64,000 nucleotides of DNA from a virus. The stretch covers positions 107,041-171,040 of IMG/VR virus record IMGVR_UViG_3300024324_000009; one strand, written 5' to 3'. A program made the translations under genes and the position numbers. The notes beneath the pieces are model-generated. The model did no database searches. It saw only the letters and a list, made by a program, of their open reading frames with translations, and was not told the DNA's origin. Positions 29,684 to 38,840 of this stretch are shown here, piece by piece. The number at the start of each line of letters is the position of its first letter. Positions within the stretch are counted from its first letter, which is position 1.

Positions 29684-30688
29684 TTAATCCAGTAAACTCG
29701 CTGCAATTAAGCATCCTTTAGAAACAGAATGTAATGGGTCGTCTGCATGTTTTACAACCTCAATACCAAGAGGAAACCCTGACTCTTTCAATTTTTCCTC
29801 TAGTTTTTCTACATAACCTTCAGCCCTTGATGTGCCACCAGCAACAACAATCTTGATGTCATCTTTAAACTTAGGTAAAGATTTGTGACCATCTAACGCT
29901 GCGGATAATTGTTTAGCAGTATAATCAATAAGTCTTTCATAGTAAGAAGCAACAGCACTTAAAACCGGATTGTCATTAGCTTCACCGACTTTAAAACCAC
30001 CGCTTTCTTTTTCTACCTGTACAACACTATCAGCTTCACCTGTGGCAACTGCACTCATGCGGTCAACCCAATCACCTGACTTTGTGGTACTGAAGACTAC
30101 TGTTGGTTCGCCGTTGAGCATAACACAAACATTGGTCATACCTGCACCACAACTAATGCCAATGCCAGTATAGTCTGTGTCTTCTAACTCAGCGTAACAC
30201 AACGCTTCTGCTTCGTTCACTGACCTTGCATCATATCCTACTTCTGCAAGGATAGCTTGTACTGTATCTTCGTGGAAGCCTACGTCAAAGTCTTCATCTT
30301 CTTGATCCACTGGTTGTGCAGGAACACAGTATACCAGTTTCTCACCTTCAGTTTCAGCCTGACCGACCACCTCTTTTAAAATGTAAGCCAATACACGTTT
30401 AGCTTCTTTTTCTTTTACGGAGATTACACCTCTGTGCATAGGACGACGAGCAGTTTCATTTCTTTCGACTGCCTTCTCAATAGCATCAGAACCGAGAAGA
30501 ATAAAAGAGCCATCTTCATCTTTGACAAACACTTTTCCTGCCAAACCTTTTTCAATCATTTTATTCGCTATAGGGGTGGATGGTTTAATAATATAAAACG
30601 CATCTCTAAAATCTTTGAATTTAATATTGTCGCCCTCATACTGTGACATTACAATAAAACTCGTGCCTACGTCAAGTCCGATTCCCAT
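29684..30688 (-). CDS. Actin-family ATPase (volactin/MamK/MreB-like)
   Basis: Phosphate-1 GLDVGT, RRPM.RGVI, VPA.P, NEAEA, phosphate-2 ISCGAGMTNVC, SGDWVD, adenosine VVAGGTS, connect-2 DPLHSVSKG. Confidence 0.9.
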   Translation of the reverse strand: MGIGLDVGTSFIVMSQYEGDNIKFKDFRDAFYIIKPSTPIANKMIEKGLAGKVFVKDEDGSFILLGSDAIEKAVERNETARRPMHRGVISVKEKEAKRVLAYILKEVVGQAETEGEKLVYCVPAQPVDQEDEDFDVGFHEDTVQAILAEVGYDARSVNEAEALCYAELEDTDYTGIGISCGAGMTNVCVMLNGEPTVVFSTTKSGDWVDRMSAVATGEADSVVQVEKESGGFKVGEANDNPVLSAVASYYERLIDYTAKQLSAALDGHKSLPKFKDDIKIVVAGGTSRAEGYVEKLEEKLKESGFPLGIEVVKHADDPLHSVSKGCLIAASLLD

Positions 30689-30690
30689 AA

Positions 30691-30996
30691 TTATTTACCT
30701 TTCATATTTTTTAGTTTACTAATTGCTGACTGCGTGTTGTCTTTTGATGTCTTGGTTTTACCAAGAGAATCAAATTTCTTTTCTAAACTATCTGTAGCTA
30801 TATGCTTATCTAATACAACTTTAGTATCGTCGATATTAATTGCATTATGCTTTCTTTCTTGCTCAATTTCTTTTTGTTTGTCGAAAAAACTTCTGGGCTT
30901 ATCCGATGAGGCATTTGTTTTAGTGACATAAACGCCCCCAACAAAACCCATAGTAAACACAAACAAATAAGATATAACATATATTGGTACTTCCAT
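30691..30996 (-). CDS. Single-TM protein upstream of the actin
   Basis: N-terminal TM, basic amphipathic C-terminus; 2 bp from the actin start. Confidence 0.6.
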   Translation of the reverse strand: MEVPIYVISYLFVFTMGFVGGVYVTKTNASSDKPRSFFDKQKEIEQERKHNAINIDDTKVVLDKHIATDSLEKKFDSLGKTKTSKDNTQSAISKLKNMKGK

Positions 30997-30997
30997 A

Positions 30998-31384
30998 TCA
31001 CCTATTAGATTTAAGCCACTTTAAATAGTTGCTTAGATCGTTATACCCCTTTCGTCGAGATTTAATTTTGTTTTTCGATAAGTATACTGAATCAGGAATT
31101 GAGGATACACTGTATTCTTTTTTTATTTTAGTATTCTCGTCTACGTTTATTGTACAGATTATAAGGTCTTTGAGTTCGTCTTTACTGACACTGGCAGACA
31201 AATCTTTTTTAAGCATCTTACAATATTTGCACCAATCTGCTGAGAAGACTAACAGTATATCTATACCTAGATCGTTGCTAACTTTTACAGCACTCTCATA
31301 ATTATTCATAAACACTGGCGGTCTAGCATATGCTGTGCCACCAATCAAACAAGCCAGTACAAAGGCTATAGTTTTCTTTATCAT
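30998..31384 (-). CDS. Exported thioredoxin-fold protein
   Basis: Signal peptide, FSADWCKYC, cis-Pro loop SIP. Confidence 0.85.
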   Translation of the reverse strand: MIKKTIAFVLACLIGGTAYARPPVFMNNYESAVKVSNDLGIDILLVFSADWCKYCKMLKKDLSASVSKDELKDLIICTINVDENTKIKKEYSVSSIPDSVYLSKNKIKSRRKGYNDLSNYLKWLKSNR

Positions 31385-31429
31385 ACATCACCTCCTGTTC
31401 GTATGACTATATACACCCTGACAAGGTTT

Positions 31430-32320
31430 TTACCTGATTTTGCCTAACACCCGTCCTTTAGGCGTTCTAACAACAAAACCCATTCTAATCATATACGGTT
31501 CAATGCTATTTGATATAGTATCCTCAGAGATGCCGCACATCGTAGCAATACTTTTGATACCCATAGGTTGACCTATCTTCTTCTGTAACACATCAATGTA
31601 CTTACGATCATTAACATCAAACCCATTCTTATCAATACCTTGCTTATTGAATATTGCCTCAACATCGTCTTTACGCTGATGGAACTGCACGTAACTCTTA
31701 TACCATTGAAGTCTAGCATTTAGAACTCTAGGAGTACCCTTGCTACGTTTAGCAATATCCAGCAACTCATCATCAGTTAGTTCGTCAAGTCCCATCTTCT
31801 TTACATTCAACCTAGCTAGATTAGCTAACTCACTAGGCGTATAGAACTGTAGATGTTCTTTGATTACAAATCTGTCATAAAATGGTTGGGTTAGACTGCC
31901 ACCATTAGTTGTTGCACCGATCATGCAAAACGGAGGGATGTCAATGCCTTCGTCTTCATTCTCCTGCATGAGATCAAGCCTGAAGTCTTCCATCACTGGA
32001 TACAGGAACTCTTCTACAAGAGTAGGCAGACGATGAATCTCATCAATGAATACGATACTACCACGCTCTACGCTCATGAGGTAAGGTATGATACTCTTAA
32101 TATTTCTAATCGTAGCAGCATTTAGAGTATGGATTTTTACACCTAACTCATTAGCGATAGCATTAGACATAGTAGTCTTGCCTAAGCCCGGTGGGCCATC
32201 AAGTAATGTATGAGGCATAACGTCTCCGTCCTTGCATCCTGCAATCATAATACTCAGACGTTCTTTAACATCTGTTTGTCCAATTACATCTTCAAAAGTT
32301 GTTGGTCGTAGATTATTCAT
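31430..32320 (-). CDS. ruvB: Holliday junction branch migration ATPase RuvB
   Basis: LRP..FEDVIGQ, GPPGLGKTT, FIDEIHRL, GATT, GTPR, IEPY.I..G...RTPKGR. Confidence 0.95.
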   Translation of the reverse strand: MNNLRPTTFEDVIGQTDVKERLSIMIAGCKDGDVMPHTLLDGPPGLGKTTMSNAIANELGVKIHTLNAATIRNIKSIIPYLMSVERGSIVFIDEIHRLPTLVEEFLYPVMEDFRLDLMQENEDEGIDIPPFCMIGATTNGGSLTQPFYDRFVIKEHLQFYTPSELANLARLNVKKMGLDELTDDELLDIAKRSKGTPRVLNARLQWYKSYVQFHQRKDDVEAIFNKQGIDKNGFDVNDRKYIDVLQKKIGQPMGIKSIATMCGISEDTISNSIEPYMIRMGFVVRTPKGRVLGKIR

Positions 32321-32981
32321 TTAGTTTTGCTCCTTCTTTTCTGAGAACCAGTTCAATCAGTTTCTTCCTGTCAATCGTTAGGTCAGCACAGTTCTCTCTC
32401 ATACAATCAGAAGCTAGCTTGCTCGCTGTTCCTGCATTGTAACCGTACTTCTTTAAAACCTTCACTGCCTCAGTTATAGCATACATCTGCTCATCTGTCA
32501 AGACATTAATTGCAAAAGTGTTTTCTACTGGAGCAAACTTAGATTCTTGCATATATCCATGATCAGGGATTATCTTATTGTTATCAAAATTAAAATCTTT
32601 TAATACAGGATCATTGGACTCAGGGTCAGGAGTAGGAGTAGGAGTAGACTCAGGAGTAGACTCAGGAGTATTAAATACTGGTTGAGTTTGTTTTGGTACA
32701 GGAGGAACCTTCTTATCATCATAGTAGACTTTCATTTTAGTAACGAACTGAGGTCGCAATATAGAGTTGCAATCAGGACAAACAATCATAAAGCCTTCTG
32801 TCATGGCTTCTGACAAGGTTATATAATTATCACACTCACATTCAGGACATTCGTATACTAAGTGTCCTTCAAACTTTTTAGGTTTCTGTTCGTTAAATGT
32901 TTTCCTGTTCTTCATCTTGTCCATCCTTTTCTGGTTTCCAAAAAATAAAGTCTTGCTTTTCATCGTCGAAAGCACACTCAA
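32313..32981 (-). CDS. Zn-ribbon plus RuvA domain III-like fusion
   Basis: CPEC..C, CPDC, PEST linker, EAVKVLKKYGYNAGTASKLAS...LIELVLR. Confidence 0.7.
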   Translation of the reverse strand: MSVLSTMKSKTLFFGNQKRMDKMKNRKTFNEQKPKKFEGHLVYECPECECDNYITLSEAMTEGFMIVCPDCNSILRPQFVTKMKVYYDDKKVPPVPKQTQPVFNTPESTPESTPTPTPDPESNDPVLKDFNFDNNKIIPDHGYMQESKFAPVENTFAINVLTDEQMYAITEAVKVLKKYGYNAGTASKLASDCMRENCADLTIDRKKLIELVLRKEGAKLNE

Positions 32982-33321
32982 GCTGTCCCTTGGCGACTAG
33001 GCCATTCATCAAATTACTGACTAACCTGCCAGTGATATCTTGTACCAACTTTTCGTATTCATGTACTCCAATTATAAACCGTTTATCCTTTTTGTCAAAT
33101 CGAATGTAGTCTTTTGATATAGTAGTTACTTCTTTTAAAGTTAGGTATTCATTTATTTCTTGTTTTTCCTCTTCGTCAAGATCATCATACTTATATTTAA
33201 GTAGTTCACTAGAGTCTTTATCGTGCATGGCACCAAATATTCCATATACCCAAACTCTAGTTGCTTGTAAAAAGTCTCCAAGTTTATCAATAACAAATTG
33301 TTCTTCATGATCATCCGACAT
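32893..33321 (-). CDS. Hypothetical protein
   Basis: ORF track. Confidence 0.55.
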   Translation of the reverse strand: MSDDHEEQFVIDKLGDFLQATRVWVYGIFGAMHDKDSSELLKYKYDDLDEEEKQEINEYLTLKEVTTISKDYIRFDKKDKRFIIGVHEYEKLVQDITGRLVSNLMNGLVAKGQLECAFDDEKQDFIFWKPEKDGQDEEQENI

Positions 33322-33328
33322 AATTACC

Positions 33329-33772
33329 TCAATTCATAATCTCGTAAAGATTTCTATAGTACTCAGGTTCTTTTAAAATATATTTAGCGTGTTCTATCAT
33401 ATGTCTCTGCCATTCACTGTAGAGTCCCCAATCTTTAAACCAAAAGTTCTTCCATAATGGTTCTCCGTTATGACCCACTCCAAGGTACAGAGGAGGTTGA
33501 TCCTCTGCACCATTGGGTGAATCACTCACAGGAAACTTCGGATTGAATGTGATGGCCTCGCCATCCACAAGTAGTTCATCTAATACGTTTTCTATCCAAT
33601 CATTCCACTTCTGGTTCATTTCTTCAGGAGTCATTTTGCCAAACTCTTTAAAGAAATCATCATAGCCTTCATGTGGATAGTAGTTGTATTCATCGTCATC
33701 AAACTCATTATGTTCTGGGTCTTTCATAATAATTCTACCTTTCTTAAAAGTACAGGTGGGAATCGAACCCAC
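33329..33772 (-). CDS. Hypothetical protein (likely start MKDPEH near 33727)
   Basis: AAAGG RBS precedes the internal ATG. Confidence 0.5.
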   Translation of the reverse strand: MGSIPTCTFKKGRIIMKDPEHNEFDDDEYNYYPHEGYDDFFKEFGKMTPEEMNQKWNDWIENVLDELLVDGEAITFNPKFPVSDSPNGAEDQPPLYLGVGHNGEPLWKNFWFKDWGLYSEWQRHMIEHAKYILKEPEYYRNLYEIMN

Positions 33773-33793
33773 CCTGCTTCACCAGAATGTACA
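33749..33793 (-). ncRNA. tRNA-like minihelix (T-arm plus partial acceptor stem)
   Basis: GTACA...GTGGG-TTCGATT-CCCAC-CTGTAC; no D or anticodon arm. Confidence 0.45.
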
Positions 33794-33801
33794 TTGCTTC
33801 T

Positions 33802-34686
33802 TTAGAAGCAGTCGTCATCATCATAATCTTCGTCGTCTTCGTCGTCTTCGTCGTACTCATCAAACGAATCCCAGTAAGCAGGAGAGTACCATCTTGGATC
33901 GCCATTTGCGTTAATATCCTCTTCATCATGGTATTCGTCCTCCTCAAATTCAGCCTTATACAAAGGTTTCGGCAGTTCGCCTTGGTATTCACCAACAACC
34001 TCGTATTTGCAGGTTCTTAGTTTCTCGCAGTTGCAATCACTAGGAACACTTACAACGTCTGCTGGGTTTATCTTAACGATAACGATTCGATCATTGTTAT
34101 CTACGCTGCCATAGTTTGCAACATAGTTCAATGCTCCAGCGTGTAGTCCTTGCGAACAGCCGACACTTCTATTGTCGTCTACTTTTGCTCTCGGCATCTC
34201 ACAAACACTACCTACTTGATTATCAAAGACTCCACGCCATTTATCTTTGAAGTCTTTGTTTACTGCCTTGTATGCCAGAAAACAACCGTCTTCTGTAATT
34301 GGCAGATTCTCATGCTCCAAGAAATCGTAGAGTTCTCTTTGACTCTGCATACTTGGATTTTCCATTGCATTATTTAAAAAGTTTACAAGAGGCTCAAACG
34401 GCAGACCTTTACTCATAAACTCTAGGATTCGCTTGGATACACTTCCATGCACTTCTTCACCTGCATGTAGCACTCTGCCATCCTTAATTACTACCTGACC
34501 AGAAGAGTAGGCTTCAACCGATGCTTCTAGATCAACCAGTATCACCAACTCATCTTCCGTTGCAGTTGGCAGAACTTCTAAAATGTTCTCATAGTTAACG
34601 TGATCTGGAAGAACCTGATAGGCTTTGCCCTTCAGCATTACTGTCAAATTTCCATCAACAAACATAAAAGGTACACTCATAATCAT
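33802..34686 (-). CDS. rIIB: rIIB-like protein
   Basis: LMENPS-like, LYDFL, ITEDGCFLAYKAV, CSQGLH, KINPADVVSVP.D..K.RTC.YEV. Confidence 0.9.
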   Translation of the reverse strand: MIMSVPFMFVDGNLTVMLKGKAYQVLPDHVNYENILEVLPTATEDELVILVDLEASVEAYSSGQVVIKDGRVLHAGEEVHGSVSKRILEFMSKGLPFEPLVNFLNNAMENPSMQSQRELYDFLEHENLPITEDGCFLAYKAVNKDFKDKWRGVFDNQVGSVCEMPRAKVDDNRSVGCSQGLHAGALNYVANYGSVDNNDRIVIVKINPADVVSVPSDCNCEKLRTCKYEVVGEYQGELPKPLYKAEFEEDEYHDEEDINANGDPRWYSPAYWDSFDEYDEDDEDDEDYDDDDCF

Positions 34687-34700
34687 TTACTCCTGTGAAA

Positions 34701-37343
34701 TTAAAGTCCAAAACTATTCTTAATATCGTCCCGATCAACATTCTTAACACTTGAGAGCATTGAACCATATCGGTTGTCATCAGCCATTCGCATGATTGTG
34801 CCGTCTGGTTGTGCATCTTTCATCTCCAAATCTTGATCTCCTATACCCATAGTATACTTGAGCATTGGTGATCTGTCAAGCCCCTGTTTGAATTTCTTAC
34901 GAATATCATGGATACTCGGCAAGGCCTTCAAAATTGACTCACAATCGACTTGTTTTAAAAGATCGTCCATTGACACTATATCTCCAATACCAGCCCTTGT
35001 CAGTTCATTTCCGGCTTCTATAGCCTTGTTTAACCTAGACTTGATAGACGACAAACGCGATGGGTCAACTGGTGGCAGTCCACATTCGACCAGTTTATTC
35101 TCAATAATATCCAATACTTCTTGGTTAGTAAAAGGTTTAGCCAATGTAGACTGATTAAAATTGGATATAGCATATAGAGTGATATATGATTCTAGTGCTT
35201 CTACCAAGTCTTTATCATTAATTTCTTTAGCAAAATCCTTACCATAGATGTTTAACAGATGGGCAGACATTAGTTGTTCTGTCTTGTTGCATTTGCGGTA
35301 TCCATTGGTTCTGCTACCGTCCTCCATAGCTAGTTCAAGTATCGCAGCCTCCCTTATTTTACACCATACCGCAATATCTTTGATTTGCTTGGCATACACT
35401 TTAGTTGCTTTGCCCTTGAACCACTCACTGAACTTGACCAGTTTGTAACCATCTTTTTGCAGCTTTTTAACAGCATTTGTCTTGATAGCAAAGACTGTAT
35501 TTTTAGACAGTAGTTCCTTACCGAACTTCACATCCTCGTTGCCTGCTAGTCTACAGATACGATAGATACTAATCTGATCCATACTTTGGTATCGACTAAT
35601 TGGCACGTAAATAATCTTGCCATCATAAGTGCTAAGTTTATCTATCATGTCTTGGCTGAGTTCACGCAGGTAGCCTGACTCGTTCATGTCTTTCTTGCCA
35701 GTAAGTCCCTCAAGCCCTTCGTGACCACCAGTTTTAGCAACCACAAACATTTCGTTAACAGAAATGCTACCTTTAGCACCACCACTGCTGCTGCCGTTGC
35801 GGATCAAGTCTGCATAGTCACTGACTTTTAGTACTTCGCCACCAAACCATTTAATCAGTTCATCGAAACCGTTTAATGACATTTCATGAGGTCTGACTGT
35901 ATTAATCATGAGGTATGCCTGAGCATTATGAATCTCACAATATTCTAGTGCAATCTTCTTAGCACGTTCTACAGACTTAACATCACAGACGAATAGTTTA
36001 AGACTATTACGCTTGGTTTTGTCGTAGTACGAATCTGCCTTGCCTTCAAGTGTCTCACCATGCAGAGTGTCTGTCTGATAAACTTTTCTCTTGGAACGAT
36101 ATGTAGTCGTTTTCCAATTAAAAACATATAGCTGACTCTGTTTGTTCATCTCAACCTTCAGGTTTTTACCAGATGAGAGTTCGTGAGTTATGCCATCTGC
36201 ATCTGTCCACGCTGCACCAGCAGTGTATCCACCTGCAATATCATTCAGGTTATAGTAAGTTCTGTATGCTTCTACCAGACAGTTGGCTTCCTCCACCTTC
36301 TTAGAAACATTTTCTTTGAGTTGCATGTAGATAGCCTGAGTTTTCTCACGCAGTTTCATGACTGTAGCCTTGGTATACTGCAAACCTTCACGGCTAACGT
36401 CCATCTCAAGATCGCCAATGTTAAATTCAATCTCAAGATACAAACCTTGATTAAGAATGTCTGACACTAGGTTCTTCCAGTTAGCCAAGTCTACCTTGCC
36501 GAACACTTTGTTCCATGCTCGAATAGCATCACTTTCTTGGTCTTTTTCTTTACCGATAACTTGCTCTGCAACTACTGGGTATGCAATATTTCCCATGATA
36601 GCTATGATACCAGCACCGCAGTTGTTATACTGAGAGGGAAAGGTATCGTTTCGATGGTCAAGTCTTCCAACCTTCCAGCCTTCACCTGAGATAACTGTCT
36701 CATTGTTTCTGTATGTGCCGTCATTCAGGTTTTCAGAGACACCACCAACAATCGTAGGCTGATTCTTGAAATAATGAAAGACTCTCTTAGCCTTATCTGA
36801 AAACTCTTCAAAGTCTGACTGACTCACAGCAAAACTAATTTCAATACCATTAGGCTCATTCGTATCCGTAACACCGAACAGGCTCAAGCTAGGTACACCT
36901 GTTTCATCCATAGCAGCGATGTAGGTATAGCACTTACCATTAAAGAAAGAGGCAGTGGTAAAACTCTTGGTATAAGCAAATGGACTCTTAGAACCCAGAC
37001 CAAGACAACCAGTAAAATCATTACTATCATTCTTGTTGCTAGCACCATACGTTGTGTATAGTTCTTCCATGTCCTTCTGACTTAGACCTGTACCATAATC
37101 TCTGATAGTAAAGTTAGGATCGCCAGCATTAGGCAAAGTCACCTTAAATGGTCGCTGGTTTTTTGCTGAGACATGTGCATCGTTTGCATTCGTAGATAGT
37201 TCTCGAATGATTGCCATAATCTTATCAGAGTACAAAGAGTCTGACAAAATCTTGAACATCTTGCTCGTCTGAGCGATAGTGAATCCGTTAGTGCCTTGTA
37301 CTCCTGCACTGTGGTTCTCAACTGTTACATCTGCTAATTTCAT
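34701..37343 (-). CDS. rIIA: rIIA-like protein (GHKL/HSP90-like ATPase N-terminus)
   Basis: LSDSLYSDK..IIRELSTNA.DAH, RDYGTG, GLGSKSPFAY, SREGL.Y. Confidence 0.9.
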   Translation of the reverse strand: MKLADVTVENHSAGVQGTNGFTIAQTSKMFKILSDSLYSDKIMAIIRELSTNANDAHVSAKNQRPFKVTLPNAGDPNFTIRDYGTGLSQKDMEELYTTYGASNKNDSNDFTGCLGLGSKSPFAYTKSFTTASFFNGKCYTYIAAMDETGVPSLSLFGVTDTNEPNGIEISFAVSQSDFEEFSDKAKRVFHYFKNQPTIVGGVSENLNDGTYRNNETVISGEGWKVGRLDHRNDTFPSQYNNCGAGIIAIMGNIAYPVVAEQVIGKEKDQESDAIRAWNKVFGKVDLANWKNLVSDILNQGLYLEIEFNIGDLEMDVSREGLQYTKATVMKLREKTQAIYMQLKENVSKKVEEANCLVEAYRTYYNLNDIAGGYTAGAAWTDADGITHELSSGKNLKVEMNKQSQLYVFNWKTTTYRSKRKVYQTDTLHGETLEGKADSYYDKTKRNSLKLFVCDVKSVERAKKIALEYCEIHNAQAYLMINTVRPHEMSLNGFDELIKWFGGEVLKVSDYADLIRNGSSSGGAKGSISVNEMFVVAKTGGHEGLEGLTGKKDMNESGYLRELSQDMIDKLSTYDGKIIYVPISRYQSMDQISIYRICRLAGNEDVKFGKELLSKNTVFAIKTNAVKKLQKDGYKLVKFSEWFKGKATKVYAKQIKDIAVWCKIREAAILELAMEDGSRTNGYRKCNKTEQLMSAHLLNIYGKDFAKEINDKDLVEALESYITLYAISNFNQSTLAKPFTNQEVLDIIENKLVECGLPPVDPSRLSSIKSRLNKAIEAGNELTRAGIGDIVSMDDLLKQVDCESILKALPSIHDIRKKFKQGLDRSPMLKYTMGIGDQDLEMKDAQPDGTIMRMADDNRYGSMLSSVKNVDRDDIKNSFGL

Positions 37344-37386
37344 AATCGTCCTCCAAAGTTTGTGAAATCTGTCCTGTGATGCTCTG

Positions 37387-37414
37387 ATTATACATCGTCA
37401 TTTTGAGATGTCAA
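37387..37414 (-). promoter_or_regulatory. Sigma70-like promoter TTGACA-16-TATAAT (extended TG)
   Basis: Upstream of rIIA. Confidence 0.8.
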
Positions 37415-37511
37415 GCATTAATTTATTCAGGCCATATAGAATCGCAGCATGGCAGAAAAGGATATTCTAATTCTTCGTCAGGTAAGTCAAACCAGTCTTC
37501 ATCATCCATAG

Positions 37512-37766
37512 TTATATCCTGTAGATGTTATCTCTCATGTTTCTTACACAGTCTTCCTCATCGTCATTTTCTAAACGATCCATTATAGTCTCTGATTGGG
37601 CGTTAGTTATCTCTCGACCATCTGTAATTACTTCAGTAAGATAGCGTGTAGATATTTCATCTACATTGCCTGCTCTCAAGATATCGTAAGCATCGTTTAA
37701 TTGTTTTGATTCTATCATATATTTGTGACGGTATGTAGAAACTGTGTTGATTTCATAAAGTGGCAT
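37512..37766 (-). CDS. Hypothetical phage protein
   Basis: GGAGG RBS. Confidence 0.55.
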   Translation of the reverse strand: MPLYEINTVSTYRHKYMIESKQLNDAYDILRAGNVDEISTRYLTEVITDGREITNAQSETIMDRLENDDEEDCVRNMRDNIYRI

Positions 37767-38008
37767 TAGTATACACCTCCATCTTCATCTTCGTCGTCTT
37801 CTAAACTTGTTTCCCAAGAGTTACTTCCCCAAATATCATTATCTTCTTCTTTTGCCCTATTGTCCTGCAATGATTCTTCGATCATATCAGCGGCATCTAG
37901 AACAACTTCAAATTCACTAATTTTATCAATTAGTATATTTAATTTTTCATGAACATCTTTTAGTTCTTGTTTGATATGTTTAATATCTTCATGTAATTCT
38001 TGGCTCAT
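37766..38008 (-). CDS. Hypothetical protein
   Basis: ORF track. Confidence 0.5.
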   Translation of the reverse strand: MSQELHEDIKHIKQELKDVHEKLNILIDKISEFEVVLDAADMIEESLQDNRAKEEDNDIWGSNSWETSLEDDEDEDGGVY

Positions 38009-38059
38009 ACACTACCTCTTAGAAAAATATAATATAAATCTAGTACACCTTAAATTAGC

Positions 38060-38353
38060 CTAATAACCTTTTATATCACCGTTTTCTATAATCTTCTCAT
38101 CTTCGTATGGTACTGCAATTCTGCGGTAATACTCTTGTTTAATGTTCTCTAATACTCCGGTTATAACTGCAATCTTTTTATAAGATACTGTACCCATACA
38201 ACCTGCAATAATCCTGCTAAAAGAGTAATTAATCTCCCCTGCGATCTGTAGCAACTCTTCAGGTGATAGTTCATTACCATGGGTAAGTTCCTCTATAAGT
38301 GCATCTACAGGCTTGTCCAGCATTCCTCTGGCGTTTTCATTTATATACGGCAT
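38060..38353 (-). CDS. Conserved phage protein
   Basis: MPYI...R, GEINY, G.LE.IKQEYYRR...PYED.KI..NGD. Confidence 0.65.
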   Translation of the reverse strand: MPYINENARGMLDKPVDALIEELTHGNELSPEELLQIAGEINYSFSRIIAGCMGTVSYKKIAVITGVLENIKQEYYRRIAVPYEDEKIIENGDIKGY

Positions 38354-38840
38354 GATATACCTCCCAATCTCGATAAAAACTTTCGTTACCAGTGTCGATA
38401 CAACAAAGCATCGCTACTTCATTCTCCAACACTCCTCTATAAATATAACCGATATTTTGAAAATGGCAATCCCAAAAATCCAAATCTGTGTGATATTTTA
38501 TTTTATGACACAGTTTCTCAATCCAGACGTTATCAATATCTTCGGTTAATAGTTCTGCTTTTTCTGTGAGATAGCCTAATTCAGTTGTTGTTACTTTAGG
38601 ATCATAATACCTAAGTAATTCTGGCTCATAAAAATAAGGTATTTTGCACAGCCCTCCGTAAACTCTTGGGGCTAGATTGTGTTTAGATAATTCAACCTGA
38701 TTGTTATATGCTTCCTTGGCTTTTAACTCATGGTTAAAACTCTTAAACAATAAAGAAGGATGATCCTTCACAGGCAAAACATCACAGTTCGCCCCTGAAA
38801 AACCATCCTCTAATTCAATTAAATAATCGTTATTAATCAA
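38337..38840 (-). CDS. Protein-kinase-like fold protein
   Basis: LAPRVY, DCH.QNIG (catalytic loop), CIDTG. Confidence 0.65.
   Translation of the reverse strand: MINNDYLIELEDGFSGANCDVLPVKDHPSLLFKSFNHELKAKEAYNNQVELSKHNLAPRVYGGLCKIPYFYEPELLRYYDPKVTTTELGYLTEKAELLTEDIDNVWIEKLCHKIKYHTDLDFWDCHFQNIGYIYRGVLENEVAMLCCIDTGNESFYRDWEVYHAVYK

Noticed and set aside
32621-32670. DNA repeat (GACTCAGGAGTA units)
   Set aside because: It encodes the PESTPESTPTP linker
33749-33793. Bona fide tRNA gene
   Set aside because: It lacks D and anticodon arms and is only about 45 nt long
33805-33860. Tandem repeat or CRISPR (TCTTCGTCG units)
   Set aside because: It encodes the acidic D/E tail of rIIB; there are no spacers
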